Origin: Acidobacteriota bacterium
GTDB lineage: Bacteria > Acidobacteriota > Vicinamibacteria > Vicinamibacterales > UBA2999
Direction: 5' to 3'
Assembly: GCA_013140955.1 (NCBI GenBank)
Contig: JABFRY010000367.1
Span: 1 to 31,936 of the forward strand
Length of the DNA stretch: 31,936 bases
Position 1 is the stretch's first letter, and each line of letters opens with the position of its first letter. This document shows, in pieces, positions 19,006 through 25,927 of this stretch. The translations under genes and the position numbers were made by a program. The notes beneath the pieces were generated by a model. It was given only the letters and a program-made list of their open reading frames with translations, was not told the origin of the DNA and did no database searches.

Positions 19006-20562
19006 GTGAACCTCTGCGACTACCTCGCGGGAAGTGTGGTCCGGACACCCGACCGCGTGGCGGTGGTAGGCCCGTCCGGCCGTGGCCTGACGTACCGGGA
19101 ACTCGACGACCTGTCGAACCAGGTGGCCGCATTCCTGCGGGCCCGTGGCGTGAAGCGGGGTGACCGGGTGGGGGTCATCGCGCCCAAGAGCGCAGAGGTC
19201 GTCGCCACCCTGTTCGGCGTGATGAAGGCCGGGGCGGCGTACGTCCCGGCAGACTACACGGCGCCGGTCACGCGCAATCGCACGCTGCTCTCCGACTGCG
19301 CCGTGTCCGCCGTGTTCCTCGCGCCGTCATGCGCGGGCATCATGGCCGAGTGGCCCCTCGCCCAGGCGCCGCACGTCGCCTGGCTGCCGGGCGGGGATGC
19401 CCCGGCCGGGATGGGCACGCCGTGGGCCGACGTCGTCTCGACGCCTGCCGCGGAGGGGGCCGACCTGGCGGGCCCCGACGAACTGGCCTACATCCTCTAT
19501 ACGTCGGGCTCGACCGGCGTGCCGAAGGGTGTGATGCTCACCCAACGGAACGCAACCAGCTTCGTGGACTGGTGTTCCGACGAGTTCCTGCCACGGGAGA
19601 CCGACCGGTTCAGCAGCCACGCGCCGTTCCACTTCGACCTGTCCATCCTCGACCTGTACGTGCCCCTCAAGCACGGGGCCGCCCTGCACCTGGTGTCGGA
19701 GGCCGTGGGCAAGAACCCGCAGGAGCTCGCCGCCTTCGTCGCCGACCGGCAGATCACGGTCTGGTACTCGACGCCGTCCATTCTCAGCCTGCTCGCCCAG
19801 TTCGGCGGCCTCGAGGCCAGGGACTGTTCGGCCCTCAGGCTGGTGCTCTTCGCCGGGGAGGTCTTCCCAGTGAAGCATCTCCGGAGCATCACGGAGCGGT
19901 GGCCGCAGGCGGCCTTCTACAACCTGTACGGACCGACCGAGACCAACGTCTGTACGTTCGCGCGCATACCGGCGGTGGTGCCGGAAGACCGGACCGCACC
20001 CTATCCCATCGGGCCGGCATGTCCGCACTGCGACGCCCTGGTGCTCGATACGCCTGGCGGCTCGGTCGTCGGGCAGGGCGAGGAGGGGCTGCTGCACATC
20101 GCCGGCCCCTCACTGTTTGCCGGCTACTGGAACCGCCCGACGAGCGAGACGTTCTTCGAGCGTGACGGGCGGCGGTGGTACAACACCGGCGACGTGGTGG
20201 TGGAAGATCCGGACGAGGGGTACATCTACGTGGGCCGGCGCGACAGGATGGTGAAGCGCCGAGGCTACCGGATCGAACTCGGAGAGATCGAGAAGGGGCT
20301 CTATCAGTTCGACCGCGTCCGTGAGGCGGCCGTGGTCGCCCTCCCGGATGCGTCGGCTGGCGTGCGGATCATCGCCTTCGTCACGCCGTCCGGTGAACGG
20401 CCGTCGATCATCGAGCTCAAGTCCTTCTGCGGGCGGGCGCTGCCGGCGTACATGAACCCCGATGCCTTCGTGTTCATGGATGCCCTGCCCCGCACCTCGA
20501 CGGACAAGGTGGACTACCAGGCCCTCATCGGGTCGCAACTCGCGCCGAAGCAGCCGGCCTGA
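19006..20562 (+). CDS. Stand-alone amino-acid adenylation enzyme, predicted L-proline--[carrier] ligase (PltF/RedM/CloN4 type)
   Basis: LAYILYTSGSTGVPKG, FHFDLSILD, ITVWYSTPS, VLFAGEVF, NLYGPTETNVC, YNTGD, GRRDRMVKRRGYRIELGEIE and LPRTSTDKVDY. The pocket residues, aligned by eye to GrsA, read DLLYLALVCK. Confidence 0.85.
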   Translation: MNLCDYLAGSVVRTPDRVAVVGPSGRGLTYRELDDLSNQVAAFLRARGVKRGDRVGVIAPKSAEVVATLFGVMKAGAAYVPADYTAPVTRNRTLLSDCAVSAVFLAPSCAGIMAEWPLAQAPHVAWLPGGDAPAGMGTPWADVVSTPAAEGADLAGPDELAYILYTSGSTGVPKGVMLTQRNATSFVDWCSDEFLPRETDRFSSHAPFHFDLSILDLYVPLKHGAALHLVSEAVGKNPQELAAFVADRQITVWYSTPSILSLLAQFGGLEARDCSALRLVLFAGEVFPVKHLRSITERWPQAAFYNLYGPTETNVCTFARIPAVVPEDRTAPYPIGPACPHCDALVLDTPGGSVVGQGEEGLLHIAGPSLFAGYWNRPTSETFFERDGRRWYNTGDVVVEDPDEGYIYVGRRDRMVKRRGYRIELGEIEKGLYQFDRVREAAVVALPDASAGVRIIAFVTPSGERPSIIELKSFCGRALPAYMNPDAFVFMDALPRTSTDKVDYQALIGSQLAPKQPA

Positions 20563-20589
20563 CGGGCCGGCAACCTTACGGGGACACGC

Positions 20590-21780
20590 ATGAAGACCGC
20601 ATTGTCGAACGACGTCGTCCGCATCGTCATCGTCCTGCTGCTGCTGCTCGGCCTGAAGGGTCTCACCGCGGCCGAGTGGCCAGGCGGCACGCTCGGCTCG
20701 TGGAATGAGACGTTGTTCACGACCATGGCGAACCGCGACCTGAACAAGGAGGCACGCGAGGCGCTCACGGCCGGCTACTACGAGGGTCTCATCAACGAGG
20801 GCTCGCGCCTCAGCTCGATGAACCGGCTCGTCACCGACACCCGGCGTCCCTCCTGGGAAGACCGGTCGCAGCCGGACCGCCGGCAAACGTTCGACTTCAT
20901 GTTCTACGAGCTGATCCCCAACTCCGACATCCCGGACTACCAGGATGAGCGGTTTAAGTACCGCCTGCGCACCAACAGCGCCGGCTTGGCGGATCAGGAA
21001 TATGCGCTCGAGAAGCCGGCCGGGACGAGGCGACTCGCCATCGTCGGCGACTCGATCACGCGCGGGCAGGGCGCCCCCTTTCAGGGTAACTACGAGGCGC
21101 TGCTCGAGCGCCGTCTCAACGAGGCCCACGTCACGGGCGACACGACGAAATACGAGATTCTCAACTTCGCCATCGGGTCGTACAACGTCACGCAGATGAT
21201 GGAGGCCGCCATCGTGCGGGCAACCCCCTACCAGCCGGACGTCTACGTGGTGGCCTTGTCTGACCTGAGCGTGTATCGGCGGTGGGACCAGCACATCGCC
21301 ATGCTCGTCTACGCTGGCATCGACCTGAAGTACGACTACCTCAAGGATCTCATCGCCACCACGGGACTCTCGGCCGACGACCCGATCGGCGTGTTCGATG
21401 CGAAGCTCTCGCGCTACCGCATCCCGACGATTCAGTGGGCGCTCGAACAGGTGAAGCAGCACGCCGACGCGCAGGGCGCCGATATGGTGGTGCTGCTCGT
21501 ACCGACGGCAGACGACCCTGCGCTGCTCGCCGAGGAGTTCCTCGGCGTGCGGGAGATGCTGGATACGCTGGGGGTTCCGGTCGTGGACCTGCTCGGCACG
21601 TTCGACGGCATCGACGACCGCGGACGCTACCGTGTGTCGGACGGCGACCGCCACCCGAACGCGGAGGGCCATCAACTGCTGTACGAGGGCCTCTACGAGC
21701 GCCTCCAGTCAAACGCCGAACTGCGATCGGCGATTACCGGTACGGCGGGCGATTCACCCTCCCCCGCACGGACCCAGTAG
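20590..21780 (+). CDS. Membrane-anchored SGNH-hydrolase-fold protein (DltD/AlgJ/AlgX-like periplasmic acyltransferase)
   Basis: N-terminal hydrophobic helix, block I LAIVGDSI, block II NFAIGSY, and block V DGDRHPNAEGH. Confidence 0.8.
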   Translation: MKTALSNDVVRIVIVLLLLLGLKGLTAAEWPGGTLGSWNETLFTTMANRDLNKEAREALTAGYYEGLINEGSRLSSMNRLVTDTRRPSWEDRSQPDRRQTFDFMFYELIPNSDIPDYQDERFKYRLRTNSAGLADQEYALEKPAGTRRLAIVGDSITRGQGAPFQGNYEALLERRLNEAHVTGDTTKYEILNFAIGSYNVTQMMEAAIVRATPYQPDVYVVALSDLSVYRRWDQHIAMLVYAGIDLKYDYLKDLIATTGLSADDPIGVFDAKLSRYRIPTIQWALEQVKQHADAQGADMVVLLVPTADDPALLAEEFLGVREMLDTLGVPVVDLLGTFDGIDDRGRYRVSDGDRHPNAEGHQLLYEGLYERLQSNAELRSAITGTAGDSPSPARTQ

Positions 21781-21799
21781 GCAGGAAGGCTGAGCGTTC

Positions 21800-22810
21800 A
21801 TGGATGCCCCCACGGTCGACGTCGCCACGCGGGAACGGGCCCCGCTGCTCATCATGGGCAGCCCCCGCTCTGGGACGACGTTCCTCTCGCACATGGTCAA
21901 TCGCTTCTTCGACATCCACGTGTCGAGGGACAACGGCACGCTCCTGCGGTTCCACCGCGTACTGGCCAGCTACGAACCCCTGAGCAACGACGCCAACCTG
22001 CGGCGCCTGATCGACAGCCTCTACCAGGACCACTTCTTCAAGTCGAGGCTGCGCGAACGGGGGCTCACGCTCACCGAAGGGGAGCTGGCGGGGCGCGTGT
22101 CGACGCGGAGCTACGGCGGCGTCATCGAGGCCGTGTTCTCGGCGATTGCCGAGACACACGGCAAGTCGTGCTGGGGGTACAAGCGCGCATCGTTCGCGCG
22201 GTTCGAAGGGCGCCACCTGAACGACCTGTTTCCCACGGCCCGCTTCGTCCACATCATCCGGGACGCCAGGGATGTGGTGCTGTCGATGCGGAACACGCCC
22301 AAGGTGCTGCTCGAACGGAGCTGGCACTTTGCGGCTGAAGACTGGGTGTCGCACGTACGGACGGGGCAGTCCATTGGCGCGCAGCTCGGCCCGGAACGGT
22401 ACATGGAGGTCCGGTACGAGACGTTCATGGCCAACCCTGCCGCGGTGCTGGCGGACATCCTCGCGTTCAGCGGGCCTGATGCATACGCGGCCGAGCGCGT
22501 GGCCCGCATGCGCACCGAACTGGCCGGCCTGGTCAGGAGCAACAACACGGAGAAATGGCGGAAGCTGATGTCGCCAGGCGCGCTGCGCCTGGTGGAACGC
22601 GTGGCCGGACCCCTGCTGCTGGACCTGGGCTACCCGGTCGTCAACAGGGACGCCGCCGGCGCACCGGTCAGCACGATGGAACTGGCATGGCTGCAGGCAG
22701 ACCGGACGGCGCGAAACCTGTTCACGCGCAACATCCCGATGATGCTCCGCTACCGGTTCGAAGTGCTGAAGGCCCACGGACGGGCGCGATTCGCACGCGG
22801 CGGGAGTTGA
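21800..22810 (+). CDS. PAPS-dependent sulfotransferase
   Basis: IMGSPRSGTTFL, WGYK, FPTARFVHIIRDARDVVLS and EVRYETFMANP. Confidence 0.88.
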   Translation: MDAPTVDVATRERAPLLIMGSPRSGTTFLSHMVNRFFDIHVSRDNGTLLRFHRVLASYEPLSNDANLRRLIDSLYQDHFFKSRLRERGLTLTEGELAGRVSTRSYGGVIEAVFSAIAETHGKSCWGYKRASFARFEGRHLNDLFPTARFVHIIRDARDVVLSMRNTPKVLLERSWHFAAEDWVSHVRTGQSIGAQLGPERYMEVRYETFMANPAAVLADILAFSGPDAYAAERVARMRTELAGLVRSNNTEKWRKLMSPGALRLVERVAGPLLLDLGYPVVNRDAAGAPVSTMELAWLQADRTARNLFTRNIPMMLRYRFEVLKAHGRARFARGGS

Positions 22811-22811
22811 G

Positions 22812-22842
22812 GCGCGCAGCCGCCCCTTGGGCGGCTGCGCGC
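22812..22842. terminator. Perfect 14-bp GC-rich hairpin between convergent genes (probable bidirectional terminator or RNA-stabilising stem)
   Basis: GCGCGCAGCCGCCC-CTT-GGGCGGCTGCGCGC, between the + stop at 22810 and the - stop at 22866. No U-tract on either strand. Confidence 0.7.
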
Positions 22843-22865
22843 TCCCCCGAATGCGGGTCGGCCCG

Positions 22866-25475
22866 CTACTGGGCCAGGATGCGAAGGTTGCGTGGAGCGG
22901 CGGGAGCCGATGTAGACGGAGCAGCCGGCGCAACCGGAGGCGGAGGTAGTTCAGGAATCGGCTGCAGCGCCCTGAACGACACGCGGGTTCCGGCTGAGGC
23001 GTTCACGGACATGTATAGGAGTCCGGAGCTGGTGGCGGCTTGGCGAGCCGTGCTGCTGCCAGTGGTCACTTCGTACTCAACGCCAGGCCCGAGGTCGGCG
23101 ACAAGCACGCGGTAGGCTCCCGCCTGGTCGATCGTGAAGTCCCCCTGAGCCACACCTCTCTCCTGGTCGCCGTTGTACTCGACTGCGGCCAGTGTGGCAA
23201 ACACGGCAATTCGATTCCCGACCCTGACACCACGGTAGTTCTGTCCCGACAGGTACGCCGTCGGCGACTTGGGCGTTCCGACCTCACCGGCCTCGAACAC
23301 GTTCAGGAAGTCTGCGTTCCGAGTCGAAACCGCAGGAATGATTTCAACCCGGTACTGCCCGACGTACTGCGCGTCGGACAACTTGTAGCTGTTCCGGTTC
23401 GGGTTCGGGAAACCGAACGGGTCCTCGAATTCATGACTGAACGGGGTCGGGTCGGTGTCCCCGGTTGGCTTCGCCCACTCACCGAAGGAGTTTGGCCCCC
23501 CAACCAACACGACGTTGCGGTCGACAGGGAGCAGGCTCGTCACCCAGAGTTGGCCGTTCGAGCCGTCGGCATCGTTGACGACGGACATGGTGCCATTGCC
23601 ATTGCCCGTGTAGGTGGTCTTTCCCTCGCCACTGCCATTCCGGATCGGGACGTTCGCCTGCGGCGCCCCACCGATCACGGGTCGCCTGGACGGGTGAAAG
23701 ATCCAACGCTTCTCGAACTGCTCGCCCGTTGTCTCCGTTCGGTCGAAGATCACGATGCGATCGGGTTGTCCGGCCGACTCCGGCCTGAAGTAGACGAATT
23801 GGCGTGTGAATCTGGCGACCTTCGAGGAATTCACCGCATCGATAGCGTACGGTCCATTGAAGGTTCTGGTCGCATCCGCGAGGAAATAGTCGAAATCTCG
23901 CGCGTTGTTGCCGGGCTCGAACGTAGAGGCTCGAGTGATTCCACCGACGTCGTAGTCCGACGCCGGCTGGAGAAAATCAGTGCCGGTGACGTTGATGTAC
24001 GCCTTACGCTGCCCGCCCCGGTCCCAGGAATTCTGGTCCAGCACTTCGTCCGGGTCTGGAAAGATGATGGTGTTCCCTGACCATGCACCGGCAGCGTAGA
24101 CCTGGTGGCCGGCGGTCCCGCTCTTGATAACAAGGGGGCCACGGCGATCGATGGTGAAACTGGGATTCGACACCTGCCAGTAGGTGTTCGGCCGCGCCCA
24201 CGTGGCGGCATCCAGGGCGACGAAGCTGTCGCCGGCGTCGACCCATTCGGGGGTCCAGCGAGTCCTCATGAAGACCGAGCCGTAGGTCTCGAAGCGCTTG
24301 GTCAGCGGCATGCCCGCCTCGACCGGAGACCGGGCGGTCACGCCTTCAGCCAGAAGGAAGTGGCCGAACAGGTAGAAGAGACGCGCGCTGGTCGATGACT
24401 GCGACAGTGTGCCCTGCGTGTCGAGCAGCCACTGCGCGAGCCCTGCAGTGTTGTCGTCAATGCCCTTGTAGAGTCTCAGGGCACCAAGGAGGTGGATCAT
24501 GCCGGTGTACTGCGCGTACTTGGGCGCCTCGTCCGTGTTGTGCGTCCTCCATAGAGCGCCGCCGCCCTGGGGCAGGAGCATCGACACGATCCACTGCGGA
24601 TAGCGACGAAACACTGTCGCTGGACCGAAAACGTCTTCGCGGGTGAGCCCGAAGGCCGTACGCCTGGCTTCCATCGCCCTGATGGCCGCCAGTGTGGAAT
24701 CGCGAGTGGAGTAGCCCAGTCCCTGGCTCCAGCCCCCGTCGGATCCGGCGACGAAGTTGCCGGCAGTGACGATACTCGTGCTCTCGCCCTCGATGAAGCG
24801 ACTGTAGTCGTCCATACGGCGCAGCGCTTCGATATTGCCCGTGTTGAGATCGCCGATGCCCGTGTATTCGCCGTAGAACGCGAGGCCGGAAGTCACCCAT
24901 CGCTCGCGACCGTACATGGGCTGATCGTCGAAGGGGCTGTCGGTCGACTTGGGCTCCCTGAATCCGAGCATGTGGGTCACAACCTGGCGGCGCTGCTCCA
25001 CCGTGAGCCGGTCATGGAGCCAGTCGTACGCGACCGGAATGAAGTGTCCTTCGACGCCGTTGGCGATGGCCTGAAGCAGGAGCTGAATCGCCAGGTCGCC
25101 GTACTGGGCGCGCGAGAGGCCTGGCGAGATCCCGGGCACAGTGGACGGATCAACCTGATACAGGAAGGCGTAGTCCGCGATGTACATGAAGTTGTCTTCG
25201 TTTCGCCAGCCGACCGCGTCTGTGACCACCGTGGGCGCGGCCTCGTCCATGAGCTGGACGAACCTGGCGAATTCCGTCCGGAACGGACCACCCAGCTTGA
25301 CCCGCATCGCGGGCAAGTTGCCGGGTGTCAGGTACAACCTCGGATGAGTCCCCATCGCGATGGGAGATCCGGGAGGGACCACGGAGCCGTCTCCACTGGC
25401 GGCCCCCAGAAGCCCAAGGGATCCGGCGAGTACGGCCAACACGGCACACATCGCTACCTGTCTCGAGAACATCAT
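22866..25475 (-). CDS. Secreted heparinase-II-fold (PL21/PL12-like) protein, 869 aa, with a divergent active site and a Pro-rich C-terminal tail
   Basis: Signal peptide (AMCAVLAVLAGSLGLLGAA). THPRLYLT, GGWSQGLGY, GSVFMRTRW, FTIDRRGPLVIKSG, GGQR, DYFLADAT, FTRQFVYF..IVIFDR..KRWIFH. Confidence 0.7.
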   Translation of the reverse strand: MMFSRQVAMCAVLAVLAGSLGLLGAASGDGSVVPPGSPIAMGTHPRLYLTPGNLPAMRVKLGGPFRTEFARFVQLMDEAAPTVVTDAVGWRNEDNFMYIADYAFLYQVDPSTVPGISPGLSRAQYGDLAIQLLLQAIANGVEGHFIPVAYDWLHDRLTVEQRRQVVTHMLGFREPKSTDSPFDDQPMYGRERWVTSGLAFYGEYTGIGDLNTGNIEALRRMDDYSRFIEGESTSIVTAGNFVAGSDGGWSQGLGYSTRDSTLAAIRAMEARRTAFGLTREDVFGPATVFRRYPQWIVSMLLPQGGGALWRTHNTDEAPKYAQYTGMIHLLGALRLYKGIDDNTAGLAQWLLDTQGTLSQSSTSARLFYLFGHFLLAEGVTARSPVEAGMPLTKRFETYGSVFMRTRWTPEWVDAGDSFVALDAATWARPNTYWQVSNPSFTIDRRGPLVIKSGTAGHQVYAAGAWSGNTIIFPDPDEVLDQNSWDRGGQRKAYINVTGTDFLQPASDYDVGGITRASTFEPGNNARDFDYFLADATRTFNGPYAIDAVNSSKVARFTRQFVYFRPESAGQPDRIVIFDRTETTGEQFEKRWIFHPSRRPVIGGAPQANVPIRNGSGEGKTTYTGNGNGTMSVVNDADGSNGQLWVTSLLPVDRNVVLVGGPNSFGEWAKPTGDTDPTPFSHEFEDPFGFPNPNRNSYKLSDAQYVGQYRVEIIPAVSTRNADFLNVFEAGEVGTPKSPTAYLSGQNYRGVRVGNRIAVFATLAAVEYNGDQERGVAQGDFTIDQAGAYRVLVADLGPGVEYEVTTGSSTARQAATSSGLLYMSVNASAGTRVSFRALQPIPELPPPPVAPAAPSTSAPAAPRNLRILAQ

Positions 25476-25712
25476 CCGCTTACCACCTCATCAGGGCGTT
25501 GAGCCCGTATATTCCAGACCGTTGACAGACAAGACCTGTGCCGTTCCAGCCATCCAGGAAGTGCCCCTTCAGCGGGGGTTCGGGGCGGCCTCGACCTCGT
25601 CTTGGCACCAAGCTTGGCCGTGGTTTGACAGAACCGTAAGCCTGGGCGTGAAGAGCCACGCCAACCGCCAAGTGTCAGGTCGCCGACGAGTGTGTAGTTT
25701 TTCCCCCACCGA

Positions 25713-25731
25713 TCGGCCCAGACTGGGCCGA
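25713..25731. repeat. Perfect 9-bp inverted repeat in the divergent intergenic region
   Basis: TCGGCCCAG-A-CTGGGCCGA. Confidence 0.6.
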
Positions 25732-25825
25732 CCCTCAATCCTAGGAGAAGCGGACTAAAGTCTCGCGACCGACCGCTGGCTACCTCACCGCAGCGGACTA
25801 TCTCCTCAACACGGCGCTTGGCGGG

Positions 25826-25841
25826 TGGCGCTACAATTGCT
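25826..25841 (+). promoter_or_regulatory. Putative sigma54 (-24/-12) promoter of the AlkP-like/methyltransferase genes
   Basis: TGGCGCTACAATTGCT = TGGC-N7-TTGCT with GG-N10-GC spacing, 87 bp before the ATG at 25928. Confidence 0.6.
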
Positions 25842-25927
25842 CGTGCCCTTGCGTCGTTGTCTTCAGGTCGGCCGAGCGGCTGCTACCTGATTTCTCGACC
25901 GGTAGGGTCCCTTTCTGCAGGATTCCC

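Noticed and set aside
16221-20562. Stand-alone pyrrole natural-product cluster (pyoluteorin/prodigiosin-like)
   Set aside because: No PKS, condensation domain, halogenase or exporter in the window, and the MBOAT sits inside the triad. Partners encoded elsewhere in the genome cannot be excluded.
17373-21780. Ordinary dlt-type D-alanylation operon
   Set aside because: The A-domain has FAGE and NLYGPTETNVC rather than the DltA-type FCGE and NTYGPTEATVA. Dlt operons also do not include a prolyl-carrier-type dehydrogenase.
22866-22961. PEP-CTERM sorting signal (PIPELP resembles VPEP)
   Set aside because: No hydrophobic TM helix or basic cluster follows it.
25603-25618. TGGCACCAAGCTTGGC as a further sigma54 promoter
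   Set aside because: The -12 GC is GG and the site is over 300 bp from the next + strand start. The match partly reflects the CCAAGCTTGG palindrome.
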